This document shows, piece by piece, positions 38,969 to 50,696 of a stretch of DNA of 64,000 nt. Positions within the stretch are counted from its first letter, which is position 1. Each line of letters starts with the position of its first letter. Origin of the DNA: Eukaryota sp. GEM-RC1 (Eukaryota); the NCBI GenBank assembly GCA_040285855.1, contig JAUFOQ010000010.1, positions 1,984,001-2,048,000 of the forward strand. The letters run 5' to 3'. The notes beneath the pieces were generated by a model, which was given only the letters and a program-made list of their open reading frames with translations, did not search any database and was not told the origin of the DNA. A program made the translations under genes and the position numbers.

Positions 38969-39122
38969 CATCTTGTGTTACAAATCTTGTGTTACACATC
39001 TTGTATTACACATCTTGTATTACAGATCTTGTATTACAAATCTTGTATTACAAATCTTGTGTTACACATCTTGTGTTACACATCTTGTGTTACAAATATT
39101 GTAAAACACATTTTGTGTTACA
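38969..39122. repeat. 14-bp minisatellite (C/A)ATCTTGTRTTACA, 11 copies
   Basis: Directly readable in register from 38969. Confidence 0.93.
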
Positions 39123-39663
39123 AAAAGCACTTGTAGTTTTGTAAATTCAAATATAAAATAGTCAACAATTCAAAAGATCGAAGGTGTTCTTTTCAGTCAA
39201 CTCTAGACATTAATAGTGAATATCTTTCTTGGCTGGGTTAACACATTGATTAGTGAAGACAGATAAGAGTCATTTATCACAAGACTGAATGTTTAAATTT
39301 TGGTTAAAAAATCTCGGTAATCTTTCTTGATGTTAGAAGGAATGAAATGGTTGTCATTACAAATGTTGTATTTCAGAAGATCCTGGCAGTATCTTCTTGA
39401 CTAAGTCCTAAGAACAAATACCTCCATACAGCACGTACTTTTGAGTCTTCTGAGGGTTTTCGGGGAAGAGATCGAAAATCTTCGTGTGAATGAAGAAGAT
39501 CCCAAGTCAAACACATTGTGATGTAAAAGAAGTCTTCAAGAACGGAAGAGAAGGCGAGGGAGATGAGGGAAGATGTTAGGTCTAAAATGTGAAGGTCTAA
39601 AATGTGGATCAGACCTTTATGCAGTGAAAACAAACCTCACTACAACTTCCATCACTGATATGG

Positions 39664-40356
39664 ATGGAAACCGGAACTACAACTCCTAGTGCCTTTCGTA
39701 CTCCTTCTCCAAGAGGGGGTCGATTGAGTTCTTTGAGATATGCATATCCTGCTCCTTCTTCAAGTCCCGAACATCTTTATCGTCGGAGTCCTGTAGCCAA
39801 TCTTCGCACTTCTGGTCGAAATGACCTATCCAGTGGCTCTGTTTCTCCTCCATGTACTAAATATCGTCCAAAGCATCCTGAGAAGCATAGAGGTTCACCA
39901 CTCTTCTCCAAATACTCTGACAGATCTCTCCGTCCAATTACTGTCCCTGCACCGCCTTCCTCCCCTGGTTTCCTCTACAACCCCAACCCCAAGATCGCCT
40001 CCAAAACCACCCCAGCATTCTCCTTCACCAAAGCTGGTGATCTCCCTTCTCTTATACCCGCCAGCACTCACACAGAACCAGCAACTCCTCTCAACCCCAA
40101 CTACTCCCGTGTTTCCTCTCGTTTAGACACCCACACCCCCGTCATCCCCAAGACTATCCCCCATGACTTGGACGAGTACCTTCTTCCCAAACGTCGCACT
40201 CATACTGAACTTTCTGATTACACTCCTACTCCTTCTAAAGACTCTTGTCCAGCCATGTCCTTAGTTGGAGGAGGAGAAGCTAGAGGGGAAGGACTAATGA
40301 TCCGAAGTTCTTCACCACTCAATCGTTTTCTCCTTCTGATAGGTCAGTTTCGGTAG
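39664..40356 (+). CDS. Pro/Ser-rich protein, possibly ODF3/SHIPPO-repeat-like
   Basis: 230-aa ORF with PSSPGFLYNPN...TPAFSF type repeats. Confidence 0.45.
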   Translation: METGTTTPSAFRTPSPRGGRLSSLRYAYPAPSSSPEHLYRRSPVANLRTSGRNDLSSGSVSPPCTKYRPKHPEKHRGSPLFSKYSDRSLRPITVPAPPSSPGFLYNPNPKIASKTTPAFSFTKAGDLPSLIPASTHTEPATPLNPNYSRVSSRLDTHTPVIPKTIPHDLDEYLLPKRRTHTELSDYTPTPSKDSCPAMSLVGGGEARGEGLMIRSSSPLNRFLLLIGQFR

Positions 40357-40870
40357 TGCTAAGTCAGAGTGATTCAGTGATTAGGGAAGCTAGACGAGCT
40401 CATAAGATGTTGATGGGAAGCGACTTGCATGCTAGGATTTTGGAGTTGATGAGGAAACGTCATTAGTCAATTTATTGAAATGTTATTGATTGTTATAAAT
40501 GTAGTTTATTCTTATTTTTAATAATGATAGTAATATCATTTCTGGTCAGACTATTTAAAAATTGCTAGTTTTTGTATTATTTACTTGTATTATTCTAGAT
40601 TGTTCTACTCAGATTCAACCTACGAACAAAGCTATAAGATCAAAATTATAGCAAAACAGTTACAATCAAAAGATCCTGTTTTGCACAGAAATGACTTTGA
40701 TAGTACAACATATCGATAGTCATGGTTGCAATTTTAGGAAACATTAAATTACTTTAGATAAATTGAAAAATCGTACCAAGGAAAAAATACATCAAAAACA
40801 ACTAATAAATCAGGCTAAAAACACTATAAAAACTAGAGTGACAAAAATATAAAACTAGAATTTTAAATAA

Positions 40871-41518
40871 TCATGTTCGTGAAGGAATAACATAGAAATC
40901 AAACTCAGAGGTCTTCTCTTGAGTCTTCCTCCTCAATTGCTTCTGACTTTGCTTCCATTCCAATTCCTCTTCATCGTCACTAAACTCAGGAATCATGGCA
41001 GCTTCATCGTGCAGACCAGATGCATCAGTAGCATCTCTAAGAGAGGTAAGCTTATGGACATCAATGGGGGTGAAGGAGGATTCAACGACGTTGATAACGG
41101 TGTCGTGATCTTTCCATTGACTTCTTTCAACTGAATTAGGTACATAGACTGCATAGTAAGGAGCTTCCACAGGACCAAACACGTCATAGATCTTCCCCAA
41201 GGGTATAGTGGAGGACTGTCCTCTCCATACTGCAATGGCGTCTGCACTTATGGTTGAGCCGTGAGGAAAGCCTTTAATTACAAGAACATTCTCTACAAAG
41301 GAGTAGGTGGTACCTAGAGGAAGAAAGGAAGGATTTGGGGGAAGTTCGAGAGGAGAATCATTCAAGGAGCTGGGCAGAGTTTCGTTTTTGGTTCGCGGGG
41401 GTTCAAAAGAAATAGGTTCTGTTTCATTATCTTTAACAGCGTTCTTCTCAGCTTCAGCTAGAGCTTGGAGAAACTCATCATCAGATGAAGATGTGTCGGT
41501 TTCAGATGATGAAGACAT
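40871..41518 (-). CDS. NAF1: H/ACA RNP assembly factor NAF1
   Basis: Gar1/Naf1 domain LGKIYDVFGPVEAPYYAV, followed by DASGLHDE...EFSDDEEE; acidic Ser-rich N-terminus. Confidence 0.88.
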   Translation of the reverse strand: MSSSSETDTSSSDDEFLQALAEAEKNAVKDNETEPISFEPPRTKNETLPSSLNDSPLELPPNPSFLPLGTTYSFVENVLVIKGFPHGSTISADAIAVWRGQSSTIPLGKIYDVFGPVEAPYYAVYVPNSVERSQWKDHDTVINVVESSFTPIDVHKLTSLRDATDASGLHDEAAMIPEFSDDEEELEWKQSQKQLRRKTQEKTSEFDFYVIPSRT

Positions 41519-41574
41519 TGTGAATTTCTTTCTGTTCCAATTTGCTTTAACAAAACCGCATCTTTTTCCAGTTG

Positions 41575-42657
41575 ATGCCTGAACGTTTTACTTTTGATCA
41601 ACTTGAACATCCTTTTCTTCACCGTAATATTGTCAATGTTAAACTTCACAAACCAAGATCTCTCCTTAAACTTCCTTTCAAAGACCCTGATGTCCTTCCA
41701 CTCTCAATAGTAGAATATGAAGAAGTTGTCTATGGTGATGACTCAGATTTTCACCCGGATTCAGACATTGAAGATGTTTTTGAAGGTTACATTGCGGATC
41801 TTATACGAGTGTATACAAGTGACTTTCAAAAGTGGAAGTCAATATCAACTTCTTGTTCGTGTTCGCTCTTTATTGCTTCATCTTCTCCAATCACTCCTTT
41901 AATGGAAGCTTTTCATATGTATCTAATTTATTGTGGTGATGTTAGTTATTTCCTAAATGGATCTTCTAGTGAAAAATTTAATTTTCATTGGTTTTTGGAC
42001 AAAATATTTAAAAGATCGAAAGATAATTTGACTGTGTTTTCAAAGAATTTTCCGTTGACCAGTGATTCAGTTTTGAAATTAAAACATCGTCTAAAATTTA
42101 AAAAAGACATTTATGTCGTAATTTCAGAATTAGATTCACAAATATTCAAAAATGCCCTTGATTTTCTATGTCTTTTAGCCCAAATTCCATCAATTCATAT
42201 TATTTTTTCACTAACTTCAAAATCCGCAATCAATTTATTTTCTTCTAGGCAAATCTTCTACTTAAACCCACGTAAAATCAACATTTCATTATCACTTTCT
42301 CTTCCTTCCTTACCAACAAGAAGTCAGAAGAAGTCAAAACGTGTAACACGCCTCTACTCTTGTGCTGAAGCATTATCTGTATCAGCTCATTTATCAACTA
42401 CAAACACTCACGTTTTTAGGATTCTTTTGACCCTTGCAATCAAAAATGATTGTTCTGATGACGGTTGTTTTATCCCAACCAATGCAGTGTTTAAATCAAA
42501 GGCAATGCTTAGGTATAAAGGCATGATTGACAAGTACTTGCACTACTATTATGTTCAAGGAATAGTAGAGAAAGTTAGTGTTAATGGAGTTAATGGTTAT
42601 AGAATTAAGATGACTAGGGAAGATATTGAGCTGTACTTGCTGGAAACAGAAAAGTGA
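41575..42657 (+). CDS. ORC2: Origin recognition complex subunit 2-like
   Basis: YVVISELDSQ...LAQIPSIHIIFS and LSTTNTHVFRILL...GVNGYRIKM..I..YL resemble the ORC2 AAA-like and winged-helix motifs. Recognised by eye only. Confidence 0.6.
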   Translation: MPERFTFDQLEHPFLHRNIVNVKLHKPRSLLKLPFKDPDVLPLSIVEYEEVVYGDDSDFHPDSDIEDVFEGYIADLIRVYTSDFQKWKSISTSCSCSLFIASSSPITPLMEAFHMYLIYCGDVSYFLNGSSSEKFNFHWFLDKIFKRSKDNLTVFSKNFPLTSDSVLKLKHRLKFKKDIYVVISELDSQIFKNALDFLCLLAQIPSIHIIFSLTSKSAINLFSSRQIFYLNPRKINISLSLSLPSLPTRSQKKSKRVTRLYSCAEALSVSAHLSTTNTHVFRILLTLAIKNDCSDDGCFIPTNAVFKSKAMLRYKGMIDKYLHYYYVQGIVEKVSVNGVNGYRIKMTREDIELYLLETEK

Positions 42658-43249
42658 TTGTGATATCTGCATTTGGTTTTAAAGTTTCAATTATTTTGAA
42701 ATTTTTAGATTCTTTATGTTTCAATTCTTTCCGATATTTTTCCTTTTTGACGAGTGTCGATTTGGTTCAGATGTAGGATTTCCGTTAATGTCTTTCAAAC
42801 TCTGATCTATATTCTTTCGTTTTGAGTGATTTAGCGTGTCGTTATATATTCTTCACGATCAATCTGTTTGATTCCAGCCGAGTTTGATTTGATTGTCTTT
42901 TATTGTTATTGGTTGCCTTTAGTACCTAAATTAATCTTTCTTGACCATTAAAAGATGTCTTTACCTGTTCCTTAGTATAATAGTTTTACTGACTGTATAA
43001 GCAAATCTAAGAATATCACTTATAAACACGTGAACTGTTAGCTGTAATGTATAATGTTATTGATACAATAATTGGGTGGGTATGTACATAAAGCTACAGT
43101 TCTGAGCTACATTGTACTACAGCTACCTACACTAAGAAAGAAGCTACTACATGTATTATTTAGCTGAAGACGTTTGAAAGAATGAAACTCCCAAATAATT
43201 CCTCTTCAAAAGAGATCCTACTTCCTATCTTCCAGAAGCTCATTCCTTC

Positions 43250-44128
43250 ATGAGTATCACTCAGAAACGAATTGTCATTCGTGGAATACATCCGTCTTTA
43301 GACGAACAATCTTTCTTAAACCTTGTTCAACCTGCTTTGTCGAAGTTTCATGTAGACCATGTCTCATTTATTCAAAAGCACTGTTTATATCCTAATGTTG
43401 GTGCTCGTTGCTTCATTACATTTTCAAAAGCTGACTCAATCATCCCATTTGGTCATGAACTATCTAAAATCAAGACTTTTGGCAATCCACAGTGTAAATC
43501 CCTGGGCATTGAGTTCGCTCCATCTCAAATGATTCCTCGTAAGATGTTTCCAGATTCTTTCATTGGAACTCTCTGTCCTGAACTCAACCCCGTCTACTCC
43601 TCCTTCCTACGCAGCGTTGAGCAGGAGAAGGAACCATCGGAAGTCCTTTCCTTCGCTCAGTTATCCGAGCTGGCAAAGAAGCGTGAGACTGACGGTACAG
43701 GGCAAAAGAATGAAGCACTGTTGGACGCCATACTGTCTAAATCCAATAACTTCTCTAATAAGAAACAAGGCAAGACTCTCCCAAAGAAGGTTGTTCCCGT
43801 ACCTATTCCCTCTCCAAAGTCTGCTCCACGTAGGAATAGAAGGAACAAGAAGCAACCAAAGGCTGAGGGAGGTGGTGATACGGGGAAAACTGTAGCTCCA
43901 AATGCTGCTCCGAATAACAATAGTAACAACAATAATAATAGCAAAAGAAGAGACAATTTAAGAGGAAATCGACATAGGTTTAGTGTATGTGATTTGATTG
44001 TGCATTGTCGCGATCTTTGTTTATTTAGTTCTATGAGCTCTTTGATTTCTTCTTTTGCAGAAGGTATCATACCTTTAATAGGTTTTGATTTGATCTTATT
44101 GAAAGAAGTTGTTTGGGTTTCTGTATAA
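43250..44128 (+). CDS. UPF3: Nonsense-mediated decay factor UPF3-like (true 3' end may be nearer 43960)
   Basis: KRIVIRGIHPSL, ARCFITF and IEFAPSQMIP...D..GT....P.Y..FL match the Smg4/UPF3 RRM. Confidence 0.8.
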   Translation: MSITQKRIVIRGIHPSLDEQSFLNLVQPALSKFHVDHVSFIQKHCLYPNVGARCFITFSKADSIIPFGHELSKIKTFGNPQCKSLGIEFAPSQMIPRKMFPDSFIGTLCPELNPVYSSFLRSVEQEKEPSEVLSFAQLSELAKKRETDGTGQKNEALLDAILSKSNNFSNKKQGKTLPKKVVPVPIPSPKSAPRRNRRNKKQPKAEGGGDTGKTVAPNAAPNNNSNNNNNSKRRDNLRGNRHRFSVCDLIVHCRDLCLFSSMSSLISSFAEGIIPLIGFDLILLKEVVWVSV

Positions 44129-45490
44129 ATGTTGAGTACAATTGAAGTGAATACGTGTATAAATGTTAATAATTGATTTACAAAAAATATTACAGTGTAC
44201 AATGTAAACAAAACGACTTTTATTAACGAATACAAATAAAGAATCCCATCAACATTAATAAAGGAGATACTAATACCTCTACATCAACTCACATTCATGA
44301 CTCAATTCAAAGAGACGGTTTATAATTGAATCAAAATACCTCGACAATGATTTAAAGAGGGATAGTGACAACCTTCCTCTCCAATAACTACCATTGAAAT
44401 TTTTCCCGTACTGCTTAAACAATTTGCCGAAAGACATGAGAAATATTTGTCAGAAAAAAGCAAACGATATTGTTGTATAGTTCTATATAACAATAGCAAC
44501 AGAATTCAGGTTACATAATTTTGTCCGAAAGCATAAGATAAGCGCTGAATTGTTTTAGGAATTCCTTGAGTTCCTGTATTGTTTGGTAATGAAAAGATCT
44601 GTTTGACAACCTTGTGTTTTGTACAAAAAGATAGAACAAACCAAATTTCGTTACAATCTTGATTTGGGGTGTTAAATTTCAAATTTTTATATTAATGGAA
44701 ATTCACATAGATATGTTGTAAACAGATACTGGTAACAATTTATTGCAATAGTATTGCTACAAAATTTTGGGCCCCAATCAATAATTTCATCAAAAAACAA
44801 CAATGAAAATGACATAAGTGAGATCAAATTTTACTAAGTACTTTCCGTTATTGACTCAGATTGATCACATGGCAAAGCTCGAATAGAAACTGCAACAAAT
44901 CCACCTTCAAACACAGAAAAAAGGTTCAACAATAACGTCTATCATATTTCGGTCTACCCCTTGGTCAAATATTTGAAGTACAAACTGCTTCAAAGGATGA
45001 TGGTACTTATGATACTTTACTTTAATTCTGAAACAATTAATCTTCAAAAAGTAGGCACATATTACAACAAAGAGTTATTGCCAATACTAGTATATTTTTA
45101 TTGGAACAATATTGCAAAATACTAGTAGGTTGCAATCAATAACAACTATGGTCGTTACCAATTAATTGCAGTCTTTGTGTTGTAAAACTGTTCCAATTCA
45201 AGATTTTCCTGTTGACGTGTAGGTTCAAGGAGACCGTAGAAAGTCACATAAAAGTAGCACATTCTCCACTCTAAGAAGAGGATAATGATGATTTTCATAC
45301 ATATATTTGTATCAATAATTAACATATCCCACATTTTTTGAAAAGAACAGAAGTAAGCTGGAGATCGTTTCCAAATTAATCATCCGCAATTACTACATTG
45401 ACTCTTCTAACAAAACTTGTATTGATCAGTCAAGGATTTCAACTTAAAAAATTTGAATTAGAATTTCTTCCTTCAAACTCTTGAACTGCC

Positions 45491-47261
45491 ATGATTCCTC
45501 CAAAACCTCCTACTATCAATCCCTCTTCTTCCTGTGAAAGTATGCTGGCATCAATATCTAACTTAAAGGTTGTTGTCAAAATGAATCATTTCACTTCTGC
45601 CGTAACTGTGGTATCTCCTTCTGCAAGGAATGTGTTGAACAAGTCCACAGCCATCGAGTCTTTGCCAAACACGATGTAGTTCCAATCGAAGACGCCATTC
45701 TAGAAGTTTATCATCCCTGCAAGCAACATCTCCATGGAGGATGTCCTGAAATGAGATACTTCTGCAATGTCTGTGCTGAACCTGCTTGTATAGATTGTTT
45801 TAACCTGGGAACTCATCGAGATCACAGTGACAAGATCGTTTACCTCAAACAAAGAGCTGACGAGTACTCAGAGGCTGTGGAGGAGCTTATGACAGCACTG
45901 CATGAGTCACACCAGTCAATCCCCATCACGTCATCATTTGAGTCTATTAAGGATCAGCAGGTCAATCTTCTTGATCTGATCAATAAGAAGTGTGTTTATA
46001 TGATGGAGGAAGCGAAAGAGAACAAAAGACAGTGTGTTCAACGAATTCAAGAGCAAAAGTTTTCTATATTGGAGGAAATTGACGTTTCAGGTTTAATCTC
46101 TCTATTAAAACAATTGGACAATTATTTCACAACAGTCAAGAATCAATTTCATCAATCAATCAATTCGATTGCCCAGCTTTCAGATTCTAAAACCTCTACT
46201 GTTTTTGGTAAAATTCAATTATTTCCAGATTCCACTGTTCTTCAAGGTTGTTCTACTGATTTAACTGACAAGTTTAGAATGAAGAGTGACTCTGCCAAGT
46301 TGATCTTTCGAGCTTCTAGAGATGGTTTCACTTCTTCTGCTTTTCATTCTAATTGTGATAATATTTCAAATGTAATTGTTCTTCTTAAAACTTCTAATGG
46401 AAACATTGCTGGGGGATTTAGATCAGCTGCTTTTGATTCGTCAGGAAGTCAAAAGAATTCCCCTGGAGCCTTCCTTTTCAGAGTTAAGGTTGGAGATAAT
46501 GAAAATTTTGAAAAATTCACTGTTATTTCAGGTCAAAGTCAGTCATCTATTAACTGTCATTCCTCCTATGGTCCTTATTTTGGTGGTAATCCTGACCTTT
46601 ACCTTGTCAATAACTGCAACACTTCAAACTCCAGTTGTAATCCAGGTTCTACCTTTAATGGAACTTATTCTGAACTTTTAGGAGAGAATTCTTTTACTGT
46701 TGAAGACTATGAAGTTTATTCAATTGAACCTGTTAGTTTGTCTTCTAGTGATTTGATTGATTCATCAGTTTTGCAGTCCGACTGTCCCGATATCAGCTCT
46801 TTAATGATCTCTACTACAGAAACTCCAAGACTTTTGTTCAGAGGAAGTCGTGATGGATTTAGTGGCAGTCAATTTCACAATCATTGTGATGGGCAAGGAA
46901 ACGTGTTTTGATTAGGGCTCAGAATGGTGCTGTTTTTGGTGGATTCTCTTCTGCTCCTTTTGATAGTAGTGGTAGCTATCCTCAATCTCCAGGAGCTTTT
47001 CTTTTCAGAGTTAAGAATAATAGTTATCCAACTCCAGAAAGGTTTGAACTTAATGGTAATTATGATGGTACTTATGACATCTACTGTCATTCTAGTTATG
47101 GCCCTACTTTTGGAGCTGGTCATGATCTCTATGTTTATAATAACTGTAATTCTAATAATTCATCTAATTGTAATACTGGTGGTAGTTATTTCGGATCCTA
47201 TCAACAATTATCTGAGGAGAGAAACTTTACAGTTTTAGACTATGAAGTTTGGTCAATTTAA
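45491..47261 (+). CDS. Two B-box, coiled-coil, tandem TLDc domain protein (intron 45540-45568; frameshift about 46908)
   Basis: The spliced N-terminus CESCCQNE..FCRNC..FCKEC..VH runs in frame into ORF 45751. Two TLDc domains (LIFRASRDGF..FH..CD, GGF, AFLF, YGP.FG..DL, DYEV). Confidence 0.88.
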
Positions 47262-47431
47262 ATGTTTATTAATTGAAACTTTCCTTCTTTGTATAATAAA
47301 CGTTGTTTCCATTGACAATCATTATATATTTAGAATTTCTACTTATTTCTTGTTAAATAATTCCCCGTCCACATAAAGTTCCAACATAAAACACACCAAC
47401 AAAACAAATAAAATACAATTTACAACAATCA

Positions 47432-49154
47432 TCAATGTAAACTAGAAACTGAAAAGGAAGTTGCAAGTCGACTCCTACTAGTACTATTTGACCTATTATT
47501 AGACCTATACCCCACAGTACTAGATCTCTTTCTCCCCTCCAAATCTCTCTTCCTTTCCATTAACAAACTCTCTATAGATCTACACCAATCCTCGGCTTGT
47601 AAAGGATCCTGAGCTTCTAAATCCAAAGTTCTATCCTCAGAAATCAAACTAAAACAACAATTAGCTCTAAGTTTCGTACGATCTTGACTTTGGAAGACTT
47701 CTGTAGTCGCGCCACGTTTCAACTCCGTGACTTCTTCAAACTTCAAGTAAGAGCTAGCATCATTAGTTTTTGACTTGGTGGATCTCCAACACACACTAGA
47801 CAAGTCCTGTTCAAACCAAACAAACCTAACCCCAGGTGTACCCCGGGTAGAATACTTAGTGAAGAGAGCACCTTCTATTAAAACAGTGTTACGTAGCTCA
47901 ATAGTCATATCATTCTTCCTCTTTTCTTCTTCCTCTATAACGCTTTTCTTCCTAGCTATGGTGTTGGCTCTGGATTTAAACTGCTCAAGGATTTGCTGTT
48001 GTTTTTCTTCAGGAATACTAGGGACAATCATTTTTGATTGGGGTCGTTCGTATTCTTTATCAGAATCGTCATCATTGTCTTGTGAGCTCTTTCCTTTCGG
48101 CATTTGTCTGATTGTAACTAACTCCTTAATTCTACCCATTTGAATTCGTCTTAACTTTGACTTTCTCTTTCTTAATTCTCTTCTTCTCAAGTTCTCAGCT
48201 TCCAGCATCAGCTTCTTCTCCATTGACTCGCATTTAGTCTGGAAGGCAATCCAATCACGTTGATTTTGATCCTCAATCATCATGAGCTCTTTTTCAGCAA
48301 GTGATGACGTGTGCTGATGGTGGCGGTACTCTTGAAGTTCCAAATCAATTTTAGACATTAGTAAAACTTCATTAAATCGAGACGACTCTTCTTTTCTAAT
48401 AAAATTTCATAAGTAAGGGATAAGTTATCGAATTTTGACATGAGTTCAAGTTCTTTTCTGATTGAGTCAAGTCGCGTGTCAACCAATTCCTTGATTTGGA
48501 AAGAGTTTTTATCAATCACATTCAGTAACTGATCACAAAACCAATCATAAATCAATTCTGATCTCTCCTTGGGGGTCAACTCGATGACGTCAGCATTATC
48601 CTCATCAACGTGATGTAAACCACAACAAACACCGCTAGGAATAGGATCAAAATATTTAAAAACCAAATCTTTTAAACTTAATATTGAAACCATTGACCGT
48701 AGACAATACTCCACGTGTGATGACGTGATATGCATTAAATGACTGCCTAAAAGATATGAAAAAGACTCAAAATAGTCATCCCATAGGGTTTTAGCATGAT
48801 TAAAAGCCTTGGTAGAGTAGTGGTGATCAAGCCAATCACGGCCCTTTGCCGGCAGATCTTGCCTAACTCTGAAGAAGGATCCGTGAGAGAAGTAAGAGAA
48901 TCAAGGTCGTGCAGGGCTGGTGTCCAAGCATTGATGGAAGCCTTTTGATGGGCTATTTTAGTGTATTTTTCTTTGTTTGCGTGAGATTGTTTGAGACGGA
49001 AAGACTGAATGATGTTGTCGACTTCTGATTGAAGAAGATGTTGAGATTGATGAGACTTTTCTATTCGAGCAGCTCGAACTTTGGACATGACTATGGCATT
49101 GATATCCCGTACAACTCCAGCCCTAACAGCCATAGAGTTCGTGAAGGAGTCCAT
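47432..49154 (-). CDS. Coiled-coil protein with C-terminal PLC-like PH domain (frameshifted)
   Basis: Three abutting ORFs; PH motifs LFTKY...W...CFSLI...RTLDLEA...EDW. Confidence 0.75.
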
Positions 49155-49225
49155 AGGATGATGAAGATGAATCTTTTGTTCAACATCTAGATTGAGATCT
49201 CATATCCCGAAAAACCCTTCTTATT

Positions 49226-50510
49226 ATGGGATTTCTCTGCTTTGGATGTCGTAAAAAACGACGTTCATCGGTCTATCATACGGAATGTACTCGCTCATCT
49301 AAAGACATCGAATCACTAAATCAATCTCTTGACAATACTGATACCAACAGTCCAACTAAAAACGAAGAAGACACTGGACACGAAGGTCCAGCTCCTCAAC
49401 CACACCCATCCCCTGAGATTAAACCTACTCCTGCTCTTTCAGCTGACGATTCATTGATCTCACCCATCTCCACCCACTCTAACTCCTCAGACACCGGTTC
49501 TATCTCTGATGACACTCTCGTTAATACCCGTGAACGCTTTGGCTGGACTCCTAAAGCCACCTCATCAGACCTACGCTCCCTCCTATCAACTAAGCCTCGT
49601 AAGGTAGCTACTGATATTGCTAGGATCAAGGAACAGGTCTTTACTCATCGATCAAATCTTCCCTCTTCCGCAGCTTACCCTCACTCCAAAAGGAACTCAC
49701 CAAAGTCTCCTTCTAAGTCTCCCTCTTCTTACTCCCCCTCCAGTTACTAGACTGGATCTTAGTCCTCCCAAACGGTCTATCTCTCGGTCTTCTTCAAGGC
49801 AGTCTGATAGGTCACGTCATCATGGTAAACCCCCGGGTAAACCCCCCGTGAGAGTGGTTGTGGCAGAACCAAGTAGAGACACACGGCAGAAAACACGTGT
49901 TCGTCCTCAGTCATCTAGGCCAAGGAAAACTCCAATATCAACACCTCGACCTGAGAGTAGCGACACGTCATCAGTGAAAACGTCATCAACACGTGTTAAA
50001 ACACGGCCAACTCCAGCACAGCGTTCTAAATCTTCCTTACGGAACTCTAGTGTTTCACGATCTCGAGAAAAAAAAGTCAAGAAAGTTGACATGTCGCCTG
50101 TTAAAAGGAGATCAACAAGGACTCAAAAGAGGAAGGTGGAAAATGGAAGGACTGAGCCTAATATGATTGTCGTTGATTTGAGTGAAGTCAAACAAAAACC
50201 TCGCCAACCGAAACCTAAGACGTTGAAATCAAAGTCAAAACCTTCAAGAACCGTTCCAGTCGATATCACATCACGTTCTCCTTCCTATGTTGAGCTCCAC
50301 TCGCCGCCAAAATCAATCTCAATTGATTTCTCCAATCAAAATGATCGATATCAAACTCCTGTCACAGTCGCAGCCAAACTGGCAGCTTTTGCTGATGCCT
50401 GGGACGAGATCAATCAAAAAAACCAAAATAGGAAAGTCCGAGTGATCAAAGACAACAATGACGTTGATGATGATGGTGAAATTTTTGTTCGAATCACGGA
50501 CACTCCTTGA
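49226..50510 (+). CDS. Low-complexity Ser/Arg/Pro-rich protein, possible N-terminal acylation (MGFLCFGC)
   Basis: Overlapping ORFs 49226-49750 and 49617-50510. Confidence 0.55.
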
Positions 50511-50696
50511 GTTTCTTCAAAATTGTGTGTATTTTTGTAAATTTTTAAATAATTAGTCAGATGATTTTGTTTGTCGTTGTATTGTATTTATTGTTTCGGG
50601 TTTGTATTTCAGAAAATATTGTGAAGTTTTCCCTTTGCTTCAGGTAACTTTTTATAAAATTGTAAAAGTAATGTTCATTTATATTACAATATACGC

